In this document: piece after piece, positions 7,197 to 16,268 of the stretch
Layout: each line of letters opens with the position of its first letter
Numbering within the stretch: position 1 is the first letter of the stretch
IMG/VR virus record: IMGVR_UViG_3300025127_007327
Location: 1 to 64,000 of that record
Reading direction: 5' to 3' (one strand)
Length of the DNA: 64,000 nucleotides
From: a virus
Notes under the pieces: model-generated
What the model saw: only the letters and a program-made list of their open reading frames with translations
Told to the model about the DNA's origin: nothing
The model's database searches: none
Translations under genes and position numbers: made by a program

Positions 7197-9139
7197 TGGC
7201 GAAAGCTAATACTCATCTCACACACTTAGAAGAATTGGTGCTTACCCAAGGCTCAGATGGTTATAACATGGCTAGAGCCTTCCTTCTAGAGCTTTTAAAG
7301 GTTCTTAAGGGTAACACCAAGTCTAAGATTCAAACGTCCGTCAAATGGGACGGAGCGCCTGCTATTTTCGCTGGCACAAATCCTGAAAATGGTAGGTTCT
7401 TTGTTGGTACTAAATCTATTTTTAATAAAGTACCAAAGATTAATTATACCGAAGAAGATATTGTTAAGAATCATGGGCACGCGCCCGGACTAGTTGATAA
7501 ATTAACCAAAGCTTTACGGTATTTGCCGGCACTCAAGATCCAAAACATTCTGCAAGGTGATTTTATGTTTGACGATGGAATGGTGTCGACTATTGAAGTT
7601 GATGGTGAGCCTCATTATCGTTTTAAACCAAACACCATTACATATACAGTCCCTGTAAACTCTGATCTTGGAAGAGAAATTGGTGAGTCTAAGTTTGGAA
7701 TTATTTTTCACACAACTTATAATGATTTAGATGGCAATGCTAGTTTTGGCGCTGACATATCTGGACTTAGAAAAACACCCGGAGTGTGGTTTGATGATGC
7801 ATACTTCGATGATAATACCGGCGTTGTGACGTTAACGGAGGATGAAGAGGCAGAAATTGTTAGATTAGTAACAGAGGCTGACGAAGTTAATGAACGCATT
7901 AATTATGAAGACCTACCCGCGGCACTTTTAAACATTTATATTAATAGTGAAATTAAAGCTGGTAACTTTTTAGAAGATCCAGAAAGCTCGTATGAGGGAT
8001 TCTTAAACTGGTATTCACAACGTTCTCAAAAGAAGATAAACAATCTTAAAAGTGTGAAAGGTAAACAAAAAGCAACACAAAACACTAGACAGACTTTACA
8101 ATCTTTTAAAGAAAGAAGAGAAGACATAGAGAATATTTTTAGGATTAGTCGATTATTATTTGAAGCTAAAAACATTTTTATTCAAAAATATAACAACGCT
8201 GTTTACAGAACAAGACATTTTATTGAAAATGAATCTGGAGATTTAGTTGCTAGTAATCCAGAAGGATATGTCGCTGTGGATCATCGAGGCAATGGAATAA
8301 AATTTGTTGATAGATTAGAATTTAGTAAAGCTAATTTTGCCATTGATAAAAGTGATAAGTTCTCGTCTGAACTAAATGAAGATGAGGATGAAGACGATGA
8401 TCCGGTTGTTGATGACGAATATCCAAAAACAATTGCCATTGTTCCCGGTGCATTTAAGCCACCACATAGAGGACATTTAGACATGGTGCGAAAATATGCT
8501 AACATGGCTGATGAAGTTATTGTTTTAATTTCTCGCCCTACTAAAAGCGGTAGAAGACTACCAAACGGTAGAGAGATAACTGCTGAAGATTCGTTGAAAA
8601 TATGGAAAACTCTAGCGGCCGGTATGGGCAATGTTGATATTAGAATTTCGCCCCATGCATCACCATTAACTGCTGCATATGAATACATTGGCGATGAAGG
8701 ACCAATTAATGTTGGTGATAGAGTTATGTTGGGTTGTAGCAATAAAGGTGGCGATTGTAAAAGATGGACTGGAGCAGTAAAGTACATTAAGCAAGGAGTT
8801 GAATTGGTACCGGTGACCGGTGTGGAGCCAACACAAAGAGATAGTGGGCAGCCATATAGTGCAACAGATTTTCGTAATGCGCTCGGTGATCCTAATAACA
8901 ACCGCGAGGAAATCGCTGATTTTGTTGGTGCAGAGAACGTTAATACAGTGTTAGATATACTTGGGCTCGATACCATCGATGAAATGTCAGGAGCGGGTGC
9001 TGTTGGGGGATATGCAGCCCCTTTGGGATATGGGTCGGTTAGACTCAAAAACAAAAAGAAAAAGAAAAACGAATATATCGATTTAAGTTTGATTGACGAG
9101 GTTATGAAACTAATTAAGGAAAGAGGCATTGTAAAATGA
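7196..9139 (+). CDS. Ligase-like adenylation domain (DUF6267-like) fused to a HIGH-family nucleotidyltransferase
   Basis: VKWDG, LQGDF, PEGYV, IKFVDR; then PGAFKPPHRGH and YSATDFR; AGGAG RBS. Confidence 0.75.
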   Translation: MAKANTHLTHLEELVLTQGSDGYNMARAFLLELLKVLKGNTKSKIQTSVKWDGAPAIFAGTNPENGRFFVGTKSIFNKVPKINYTEEDIVKNHGHAPGLVDKLTKALRYLPALKIQNILQGDFMFDDGMVSTIEVDGEPHYRFKPNTITYTVPVNSDLGREIGESKFGIIFHTTYNDLDGNASFGADISGLRKTPGVWFDDAYFDDNTGVVTLTEDEEAEIVRLVTEADEVNERINYEDLPAALLNIYINSEIKAGNFLEDPESSYEGFLNWYSQRSQKKINNLKSVKGKQKATQNTRQTLQSFKERREDIENIFRISRLLFEAKNIFIQKYNNAVYRTRHFIENESGDLVASNPEGYVAVDHRGNGIKFVDRLEFSKANFAIDKSDKFSSELNEDEDEDDDPVVDDEYPKTIAIVPGAFKPPHRGHLDMVRKYANMADEVIVLISRPTKSGRRLPNGREITAEDSLKIWKTLAAGMGNVDIRISPHASPLTAAYEYIGDEGPINVGDRVMLGCSNKGGDCKRWTGAVKYIKQGVELVPVTGVEPTQRDSGQPYSATDFRNALGDPNNNREEIADFVGAENVNTVLDILGLDTIDEMSGAGAVGGYAAPLGYGSVRLKNKKKKKNEYIDLSLIDEVMKLIKERGIVK

Positions 9140-9918
9140 ACCAACAAGAAGAACAAATCTTAAGACAGAGTATAAGAGAAATTATTCGCTCTGTCAAGAG
9201 TAAAAAACTAAATGAAGAAACTCAACTTCGTAAGTTAATCCAAGGTTTTTTGGATATTGAACTTAAAAACTTGAGTGAAAATGTTAGTGACACGGACCCA
9301 ACTCCAAATAAGTCTACTGGAATTAATGTTTTGGAACAGTTATTGAAAAAAATAGTTCCGATTATTGAAGAGGACTACAAGTCTCTAACAACAGATAAAA
9401 ACCAAAGAGATTCTTACAGATCACACATTGTTAACGCTGTGGTTAATACTTTAACTCCTGTTGAAATCAACAATGATGCACATAAAGGTGAGTCTGAAGG
9501 CATAAAAGATATGGAAGAGGAGGTATCAATAAATGTTGGCGGTTCTGATGATGATAAGTTTATCGATATTCGCACTGATGCCGAGAAATCTGCAGATGAT
9601 GAAGAAAAGGAAGCGGATCCGAGAGATTCGTTCGGAGCGGGCGTCGAAGGTGACGAAACTGGGCGTAATGTGGCGTACCAATCGTTCAAAAAAATAGAAA
9701 CAAATATTATTGATGCTTATGAATTACTTTCAAATCCTGAAGACCAAGAATTGTTTTATGATTATTTAATCGCGAATCTTAAACTTTACTTTAAAAAGTT
9801 CGAGCAAGAATTAGAACCATCAGTCGATGAACCTACAAACAAAGCTTATGATATGGCGGCCGCTGATCAACCAGCAACTGAGCCGGCGGATGATGACGCA
9901 ACTGAATTGGAATTATAA
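9136..9918 (+). CDS. Acidic hypothetical protein with LRQSIREII/LRKLI...LSE leader; probable internal virion protein
   Basis: ATGA overlap; ACTAATTA at 9109. Confidence 0.7.
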   Translation: MNQQEEQILRQSIREIIRSVKSKKLNEETQLRKLIQGFLDIELKNLSENVSDTDPTPNKSTGINVLEQLLKKIVPIIEEDYKSLTTDKNQRDSYRSHIVNAVVNTLTPVEINNDAHKGESEGIKDMEEEVSINVGGSDDDKFIDIRTDAEKSADDEEKEADPRDSFGAGVEGDETGRNVAYQSFKKIETNIIDAYELLSNPEDQELFYDYLIANLKLYFKKFEQELEPSVDEPTNKAYDMAAADQPATEPADDDATELEL

Positions 9919-10238
9919 TGGCTGATGAAGATAAAACTGTCACAGAATTATTAGAAGATGAATTTGGATCCACTTTAGCTGGAGTTACCGATATCGATAC
10001 TTTAAAAGAGGCTTTGTATATTGCAAATAGAGTTACTGAGGAGCAAATTAAAAAAAATTTACCGGGTGATGTTGATCCCAATAATTTAGATTCTGTCATT
10101 AGACCAGCAAAATATCGAAATGGTATAAAAATCAAAGATAAGTTTACTTTAAGAGATCTTATTTTACAAAATCAAGAACCTCAGACACTAATGGCAGAAA
10201 TAATTGATGCTTACATTAATTCTAAATTAGGTGGATGA
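9918..10238 (+). CDS. Hypothetical protein (106 aa)
   Basis: TAATG overlap. Confidence 0.7.
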   Translation: MADEDKTVTELLEDEFGSTLAGVTDIDTLKEALYIANRVTEEQIKKNLPGDVDPNNLDSVIRPAKYRNGIKIKDKFTLRDLILQNQEPQTLMAEIIDAYINSKLGG

Positions 10239-10268
10239 GAATAAAATCAAAAAATATTCGTTTTTTAC

Positions 10269-10297
10269 TTGACAAGATAAAAAATCAGTATTATAGT
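10269..10297 (+). promoter_or_regulatory. sigma70-type promoter
   Basis: TTGACA-N17-TATAGT in an intergenic gap. Confidence 0.75.
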
Positions 10298-10320
10298 TAA
10301 ACTGTCAGTTGTGAAAGTCT

Positions 10321-10638
10321 ATGAAAGATTATAGTACTATCAATAAATTAAAAGATCATAATATTATTAATGATCAGTTATTAGTTTGTATTAATAAACT
10401 ATCACTTGAAGATTTAATTGCAATCAAATTAGAATTATCTACCAATTTACTAAACAATAGATTATATGGCTTAGATCTTTGGAATAAAATGGACTCTATA
10501 ACTAAAGAAGCTTTATTAAAATTTTCTTTATCAGTTACGAAAACAAAAGCTGATGCCAGTAGATTTTTAGGTATCACACAACAGAATTTTAATAGAATTT
10601 GTAAAACATATAAGGTATTTGAAAATGAAATTAATTAG
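10321..10638 (+). CDS. Protein with C-terminal Fis-like helix-turn-helix
   Basis: KTKADASRFLGITQQNFNRICKTYKV. Confidence 0.6.
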   Translation: MKDYSTINKLKDHNIINDQLLVCINKLSLEDLIAIKLELSTNLLNNRLYGLDLWNKMDSITKEALLKFSLSVTKTKADASRFLGITQQNFNRICKTYKVFENEIN

Positions 10639-11215
10639 TATACTCAGCTTGTTGACATGCGGACCTGCTGAACTTGAAACACAAAAGACAGACACACAAT
10701 CAAAAGTTGCTGAAGAAATTCCAACTGAGTTTGGTGTTATTGCTGCTGAAGGTTGTTCTCAAGCTTCTGTTGGCTCAACAGCGTGTAATATTGTTCTCTA
10801 TGACCAAAATAAAGAGGTCTGGCAATTAAAAAATCAAAAAGATAAGATTGTTGTGTTAGATTTCTCAGCTATGTGGTGTGGTCCATGCCAGCATGCTGGT
10901 AGTTTTACACAAACTATTCAAGATAGTTATTCCAATGTTATCATGGCTACTATTCTAATTGATGGTTATTACTCAGGTATTGAACCCACTGAGGAAGAAG
11001 TTAATGGTTGGGTAAGTAATCATGGTATTACTACAGCCCCAGTTTTATATGCCAGTAGAGAAAAGATATTTGATTCTACAGGAACTGGATTAGATGGTTA
11101 TATTATTACAGGATTTCCCACTTATGCATACATTGACACAGACGGCAAAATTCAATATATGCACACTGGTTTTAATGAACTGTATGTAAGAAATATTATT
11201 GAAGGTTTACAATAA
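10625..11215 (+). CDS. TlpA-like thioredoxin with a lipoprotein-like signal
   Basis: VVLDFSAMWCGPC, GFPT; N-terminal MKLISILSLLTCG. Confidence 0.85.
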   Translation: MKLISILSLLTCGPAELETQKTDTQSKVAEEIPTEFGVIAAEGCSQASVGSTACNIVLYDQNKEVWQLKNQKDKIVVLDFSAMWCGPCQHAGSFTQTIQDSYSNVIMATILIDGYYSGIEPTEEEVNGWVSNHGITTAPVLYASREKIFDSTGTGLDGYIITGFPTYAYIDTDGKIQYMHTGFNELYVRNIIEGLQ

Positions 11216-11430
11216 TGTGGAAAGTTTATAAATACAATGGAAATTATATTCAGGGTGATTTACTTAGCAAACATTCATCTGAAAATGCAGCTTTAAAAGC
11301 AGCTAAAAAAAGTATTGGTCACACGCATACTGAAAAGAAAAAAGTCAACAATGAAATTAGAATTTGGCTTGATAGCGTCAATCATACACCTATGGGTGTC
11401 ATAATAAAAAACACTAGAGGATCTAGTTAA
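11215..11430 (+). CDS. Hypothetical protein (71 aa)
   Basis: TAATG overlap. Confidence 0.65.
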   Translation: MWKVYKYNGNYIQGDLLSKHSSENAALKAAKKSIGHTHTEKKKVNNEIRIWLDSVNHTPMGVIIKNTRGSS

Positions 11431-11440
11431 TATAGATAAC

Positions 11441-11776
<336 letters not shown>

Positions 11777-11789
11777 CTAAAGGAATACT

Positions 11790-12014
11790 ATGAATATGAT
11801 TAGCTGGTTGCAAAATTTTTATAGCAACGAAAAAAAAGAAAAAACAATTAATAGAATTGTAAAACCAATTGATTCAATTGAAGATGCACTTTGGGACATT
11901 AAAGAAGATTATGATCTTGAAACCGAAGAAATTGAAAAAACAGTTCTTGACAAAAGAAAAAATATAGAGTATATGTATAAATCTATAAAACAAAAAACTA
12001 ATGGTGATTTATGA
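11790..12014 (+). CDS. Hypothetical protein (74 aa)
   Basis: AAGGA RBS. Confidence 0.6.
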   Translation: MNMISWLQNFYSNEKKEKTINRIVKPIDSIEDALWDIKEDYDLETEEIEKTVLDKRKNIEYMYKSIKQKTNGDL

Positions 12015-12478
12015 GTGAAGAAAAAAAAGCAACCGTGATGGTTTCTGGTGGTTTTGATCCGGTTCACGCCGGTCATATTAGAATGATTAGACATGCAGCA
12101 CAATATGGTGATGTAATTGTTATCGCTAATTCCGATAATTGGTTATACAGAAAGAAAGGCTTTGTTTTTATGGAATGGGAACGTCGTGTTGAAATTTTAA
12201 ATGCAATTAAAGGTGTAATTTTAGTTGACTCTGTTGATGATACCGATGGTACTGTTTGTGAAGCCATCGCCCGCCATAAGCCGACTTTTTTCGCCAATGG
12301 TGGTGATCGCGGAAAATCTAATACACCTGAACAATCCGTTTGTGAAGAACTTGGTGTTCAACTTTTATGGGGTGTTGGGGGCGAAGAAAAAGTAGATAGT
12401 TCTTCTGAACTCGCTAAAAAAGCTAGAGATTTTAAGTCACCTGAAACTCGTGGTAATGTAAAACATTCCGGTCGATGA
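12011..12478 (+). CDS. Cytidylyltransferase/adenylyltransferase (RfaE/TagD-like HIGH family)
   Basis: VSGGFDPVHAGH, FANGGDR, SSSEL. Confidence 0.85.
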   Translation: MSEEKKATVMVSGGFDPVHAGHIRMIRHAAQYGDVIVIANSDNWLYRKKGFVFMEWERRVEILNAIKGVILVDSVDDTDGTVCEAIARHKPTFFANGGDRGKSNTPEQSVCEELGVQLLWGVGGEEKVDSSSELAKKARDFKSPETRGNVKHSGR

Positions 12479-12499
12479 TTTAATACTGTAATTAAAATA

Positions 12500-13003
12500 A
12501 TGGATAATGAAAAAACATTAAAACTTGATTCTTCTTATCGACCCATAGAAGTAATAGATGCACTAGAAGCACTTGTACTTTGTTTAGTTGGAAAAGCACA
12601 AGCTTTAGAAAATTATAATAGCGTCATAAAATCAGTTAGTGAGAGTTTCAATCTTCCAGCAGTGATTGTTTTAAAACGAATTGTAAAATTTAGATATCAC
12701 ACTATCCCATGCCACAGAAAAAATATTATTTGGCGAGATCAAAATCAATGTCAATATTGTGCCAAACACTTTACGGCCGATAAATTAACAATAGACCATA
12801 TTTTACCTCGTTCACGCGGCGGAAAAAACAAATGGGACAACTTAGTTGCAGCTTGTAAAAAGTGTAACCAAAGAAAAGGTAGTAAAACACCTGAAGAAGC
12901 GAATATGCCACTTTTAAGAGAACCGAAAGCTCCTAAGTCTGACATATTTAAAAATATTAGCAATTGTCAAATATCTTCAAAATGGGATTATTATCTTTGG
13001 TAA
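12500..13003 (+). CDS. HNH endonuclease
   Basis: RDQNQCQYC...TIDHILPRSRGG...WDNLVAACKKCN. Confidence 0.92.
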   Translation: MDNEKTLKLDSSYRPIEVIDALEALVLCLVGKAQALENYNSVIKSVSESFNLPAVIVLKRIVKFRYHTIPCHRKNIIWRDQNQCQYCAKHFTADKLTIDHILPRSRGGKNKWDNLVAACKKCNQRKGSKTPEEANMPLLREPKAPKSDIFKNISNCQISSKWDYYLW

Positions 13004-13018
13004 GATTAATATAATCAA

Positions 13019-13047
13019 TTGACAGTAACAATTAGATAGGTTATGAT
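13019..13047 (+). promoter_or_regulatory. sigma70-type promoter for tRNA-Asn
   Basis: TTGACA-N17-TATGAT. Confidence 0.8.
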
Positions 13048-13055
13048 TACTATAT

Positions 13056-13132
13056 TGCCCCTTAGCTCAGTTGGTTAGAGCAGCGGACTGTTAATCCGCT
13101 TGTCCTCGGTTCGAGTCCGAGAGGGGCAGCCA
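13056..13132 (+). tRNA. tRNA-Asn (GTT)
   Basis: Acceptor TGCCCCT/AGGGGCA, anticodon arm GCGGA-CTGTTAA-TCCGC, TTCGAGT loop, encoded CCA. Confidence 0.95.
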
Positions 13133-13150
13133 CTTACCAAAGGAGAAAAC

Positions 13151-13627
13151 ATGTCTGTTGTAAAAAGACTACAATCACTAAACTTGCCTGAAGACGCAAT
13201 GATTACGCTCACTCGTGAAGAGGGAACGGATGTCTTCGTTCATAATGAAACAGAAGTAGAGGACGCAATGAATGAAACAAGCGTAATCTATGATTTTGCT
13301 TCACTTATTTCTAACACAAAACTTGATGCTCGTAATCGTTGGAATGGCAATATCATTCAACATCTTCGCGATAATGATTTTCTTGAAGAATATGAGCGAG
13401 GTAGTTTTGCTTTTGAAGATTTCTTAGCTGAGACACTAACTGAAAATTTTTATGATACTGAGTTAATTGAATATTCAACTGAGAAGTACGATCATAAACG
13501 AGGCTTTACAACTCTAACTGCACAGGTTGAAGTTCCATTCGCAAATTTCGTTGAAATTAATCCATTTGTAACTGGTTGGACAGTATCTGTTGAAACTGAA
13601 AATGGTACACTAACGTTTGATGCTTGA
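13151..13627 (+). CDS. Acidic hypothetical protein (158 aa)
   Basis: AGGAG RBS before ATG 13151; the longer start overlaps the tRNA. Confidence 0.75.
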   Translation: MSVVKRLQSLNLPEDAMITLTREEGTDVFVHNETEVEDAMNETSVIYDFASLISNTKLDARNRWNGNIIQHLRDNDFLEEYERGSFAFEDFLAETLTENFYDTELIEYSTEKYDHKRGFTTLTAQVEVPFANFVEINPFVTGWTVSVETENGTLTFDA

Positions 13628-13657
13628 TGTTTCTATTTATATTTGGAGGATTTGATT

Positions 13658-13720
13658 ATGGAAAAATGTGAATGCTGCGGCTGCACCGCACCATGTGGTT
13701 GTGATTGCTGCTGCAAATAA
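13658..13720 (+). CDS. Cys-rich 20-aa micro-protein MEKCECCGCTAPCGCDCCCK (metallothionein-like)
   Basis: GGAGGA RBS at 13645-13650; 9 of 20 residues Cys; TCTATTTA motif upstream. Confidence 0.7.
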   Translation: MEKCECCGCTAPCGCDCCCK

Positions 13721-13825
13721 ACCCCGCGCTGTTCTGCTCGCTTTATAAGCAGAAGGGGGCTGCCGACCCAAACGTAGGCAGAGGTTTCCGGTTATCCTAG
13801 TTCTAGACAAAAAACCGGTTTTTAA
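13721..13825 (+). ncRNA. Unassigned GC-rich structured element (three tandem hairpins)
   Basis: TTCTGCT/AGCAGAA, CTGCC/GGCAG and CCGGTT/AACCGG stems. Confidence 0.45.
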
Positions 13826-13844
13826 ATAATAGCATATTTATTAT

Positions 13845-13991
13845 GTGGAAGAAGTAGTAGAGTTGATGATATTAGCAATGGTAATGTTCCTTGCTGCTTT
13901 TTTCTGTTTCAAAGTTTTGTTGTTGCCTGAAGCTACAATATCAACAATTGAAAGAATACATGACATCGAAAACAAAATATACGATAAATGA
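13845..13991 (+). CDS. Small membrane protein (48 aa), absent from the ORF track
   Basis: GTG start; LMILAMVMFLAAFFCFKVLLL hydrophobic segment; CATATTTA upstream. Confidence 0.5.
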   Translation: MEEVVELMILAMVMFLAAFFCFKVLLLPEATISTIERIHDIENKIYDK

Positions 13992-14214
13992 TAAAGTTTT
14001 AATTAAAGGTTTTACTAAACCAGTCGTTAAAGTTATATTAAAAAAAAGATATGAGCCAACCAAAAATATGCTTGGTGTTGCTGGTTGGCATGCAAAAATA
14101 ATTTATAAAAAAGATGTTTATAAGTTAATAAAATCTGGTGTACCATATAAGAAAGATGAAAAACCCATGGTTTGGGTTTTTGATTGGCAAATAATTAAAA
14201 AATTGCCCGCATAG
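13960..14214 (+). CDS. Basic hypothetical protein (84 aa)
   Basis: ATG 13960 (MTSKTKY); stop falls inside tRNA-Thr. Confidence 0.6.
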   Translation: MTSKTKYTINDKVLIKGFTKPVVKVILKKRYEPTKNMLGVAGWHAKIIYKKDVYKLIKSGVPYKKDEKPMVWVFDWQIIKKLPA

Positions 14215-14280
14215 CTCAACTGGTAGAGCAACGGTTTTGTAAACCGTAGGTTGGGGGTTCAAGTCCCTCTGCGGGCACCA
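14205..14280 (+). tRNA. tRNA-Thr (TGT)
   Basis: Acceptor GCCCGCA/TGCGGGC, anticodon arm ACGGT-TTTGTAA-ACCGT, encoded CCA. Confidence 0.95.
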
Positions 14281-14286
14281 TTTATT

Positions 14287-14592
14287 ATGACAACTAAAAT
14301 TGATCACATAGGTCTTATTGTTGATGAGCCCCGACTTGCAGCTAAATGGTATCAGCTTAAGTTTAATGCAGAAATACTGTATTTAGATGATACTTGGGCA
14401 TTTGTACAGCTAGAAAATGTAAAGATAGCTTTTGTTATTAAGGGTCAGCATCCTCAACACTTTGCAATCGAAGTAGATGAATTTGATGAAGATGATGTTT
14501 TAAAAGAACATAGAGATGGTTCAATATCAACTTATAAGAAAGATCCTTGGGGTAATATTTACGAATTAATAAAATACCCAGAAACTTCTTGA
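14287..14592 (+). CDS. VOC/glyoxalase family protein
   Basis: IDHIGL, HFAIEV, YKKDPWGNIYELI. Confidence 0.85.
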   Translation: MTTKIDHIGLIVDEPRLAAKWYQLKFNAEILYLDDTWAFVQLENVKIAFVIKGQHPQHFAIEVDEFDEDDVLKEHRDGSISTYKKDPWGNIYELIKYPETS

Positions 14593-14617
14593 CATCGATA
14601 CAAGTTAATGTTAAGTT
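14589..14617 (+). promoter_or_regulatory. sigma70-type promoter upstream of uvsE
   Basis: TTGACA-N17-TAAGTT with extended -10 TG. Confidence 0.55.
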
Positions 14618-14639
14618 ATTAGTATTACTGGAGGGTAAT

Positions 14640-15569
14640 ATGAATCATTTGGGCTATGCCTGTATCAATATGGGCTTTTCTTCGTTGCCTAAAAAACAAC
14701 GCATCACAACTAACCGAAGTATGATTCGTCGCACTTTTGATGAGCGCGGTATTGAGTATGCATCAGAATTGGCTTTGCAAAATCTCAGAGATTTGCGAAC
14801 TATCCTTGAATGGAATTTGAAGAACGAAATTTACTTTTATCGACTTTCTTCAGATATTATTCCTTGGGCTTCTGAATATAGTCTCTCAGATATGCCTAAT
14901 TTCGGCGCTATTCACGCCGCAGCACTTAGGGCGGGTAACTATGCCCGTGAGCATGGAATGCGCCTCACAGCGCATCCGGGTCCGTTTAATAAACTGGCAT
15001 CTCCAAAAGAACGTGTGTTTCAACTTACTAAAACAGATTTATCAGTTCATGCTGAGTTGTTTGATCTTATGGGCTTACCTCGTACTCCATATGCCAAGCT
15101 TAATATTCATGTCGGTGCTGCTTATGGTGACAAGCCGTTTGCCCTTGATAATTTTTGTCGTAACTTTGAGCGTCTACCAGAAAATGTACGCTCACGGTTG
15201 ACTGTTGAGAATGACGACAAAGAATCATTGTATTCCACACTGGAACTGTATGAAGGCGTTTACAAGCGCATTGGCATTCCAATTGTGTTTGACTATCATC
15301 ATCACATGCTGCACACCGGTGGACAAACTGAACAAGAAGCACTAGAGCTTGCACTTTCCACATGGGGAGATATTAAGCCTGTGGTTCACTATGCAGAGTC
15401 TCGTTCGGCCGAGCATAATAATCCTAAAATTAAACCACAAGCACACTCGGATCTAGTGTATAATACACTTAATGATTATGGTCATGAATTTGATATCATG
15501 ATTGAAGCTAAGCACAAAGAATTAGCACTAATGAAATACCGTATTCTGTTAGAACAAAAAGGGGGGTGA
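14640..15569 (+). CDS. uvsE: UV-damage endonuclease
   Basis: LGYACIN, FYRLSSD, RLTAHPG, NIHVG, RLTVENDD, FDYHHH, HYAES, AHSD, MIEAKHKE. Confidence 0.93.
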   Translation: MNHLGYACINMGFSSLPKKQRITTNRSMIRRTFDERGIEYASELALQNLRDLRTILEWNLKNEIYFYRLSSDIIPWASEYSLSDMPNFGAIHAAALRAGNYAREHGMRLTAHPGPFNKLASPKERVFQLTKTDLSVHAELFDLMGLPRTPYAKLNIHVGAAYGDKPFALDNFCRNFERLPENVRSRLTVENDDKESLYSTLELYEGVYKRIGIPIVFDYHHHMLHTGGQTEQEALELALSTWGDIKPVVHYAESRSAEHNNPKIKPQAHSDLVYNTLNDYGHEFDIMIEAKHKELALMKYRILLEQKGG

Positions 15570-15571
15570 TA

Positions 15572-15667
15572 ATGGAAATGTATCAAGTTTTTATAAATTG
15601 CGTGGTGGCGTTTATCGTTTTGGGATTTACGTTCTCACTTTATATATTGGATAATATGGATAATTAA
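15572..15667 (+). CDS. Small single-TM protein (31 aa), absent from the ORF track
   Basis: GGGGGTGA RBS-like; MEMYQVFINCVVAFIVLGFTFSLYILDNMDN; TAATG overlap with next gene. Confidence 0.55.
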   Translation: MEMYQVFINCVVAFIVLGFTFSLYILDNMDN

Positions 15668-16002
15668 TGTCTGATAAAGTTTACTATGATGAAAGTTGTT
15701 ATGTTTGTTCATTAGAGATCAACACCATCCGTGATAGGGCTGAAGCGTGCGGTATCGAATTTATTGATATTAGTGCTGAAGATTTCGACGGCAACGTTGC
15801 AGACTTTGAAAAAGAAATGATTGGCTGGTTCGACCAAAAAGCCACAAAAGGACCAGAAACATTCAGGTTAATGTATGAGAAGATGGGATTTCATAAAGCA
15901 GTTTGCGTCTCTCGTCTCCCTATCGTGAAAAACTTATTTGATGCCGGTTATTACATTTTTGCATATGGAATTAGACCACATTTACCAAGGAGGAAAAAAT
16001 GA
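15667..16002 (+). CDS. DCC1-like thiol-disulfide oxidoreductase (DUF393)
   Basis: VYYDESCYVCSLEI, IEFIDIS. Confidence 0.8.
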   Translation: MSDKVYYDESCYVCSLEINTIRDRAEACGIEFIDISAEDFDGNVADFEKEMIGWFDQKATKGPETFRLMYEKMGFHKAVCVSRLPIVKNLFDAGYYIFAYGIRPHLPRRKK

Positions 16003-16268
16003 AATTTATTAAAGATTTTTTATTCAATAGAGAAATTAAAAGTATTAATAAAAAAATTGCAAGGTTACAATCTCAAGCATTGGAATTACAACGCAATGGA
16101 AAGCTTAGGTTGTACGCGGAAGTCATGAGAGAAATTGATATAGCGTCAACTTTATTAGTTGAAAAACTTGATAGCCGCAAAGAACAGAAATATGTTGAAC
16201 CAGATAGTGATTTCGTTGATTACGATGGTATGGGAAATCAAGGTCGGTTTCCAGCAGGTAAAAAATAA
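15999..16268 (+). CDS. Helical hypothetical protein (89 aa)
   Basis: AGGAGG RBS; QRNGKLRLY. Confidence 0.7.
   Translation: MKFIKDFLFNREIKSINKKIARLQSQALELQRNGKLRLYAEVMREIDIASTLLVEKLDSRKEQKYVEPDSDFVDYDGMGNQGRFPAGKK

Noticed and set aside
8281-9156. 291-aa minus-strand ORF
   Set aside because: Antisense shadow of the motif-bearing 7196-9139 gene; Ser/Phe runs mirror its Asp/Glu/Lys codons
13100-13150. Upstream start for the 175-aa ORF, and likewise the 14251 start
   Set aside because: Both extensions lie inside tRNA genes; ATG 13151 (with RBS) and ATG 14287 are better starts
13721-13825. Known ribozyme (hammerhead, HDV/theta) or SRP RNA
   Set aside because: No CTGANGA/GAAA core, no recognisable nested pseudoknot and no SRP helix-8 motif by eye; left unassigned
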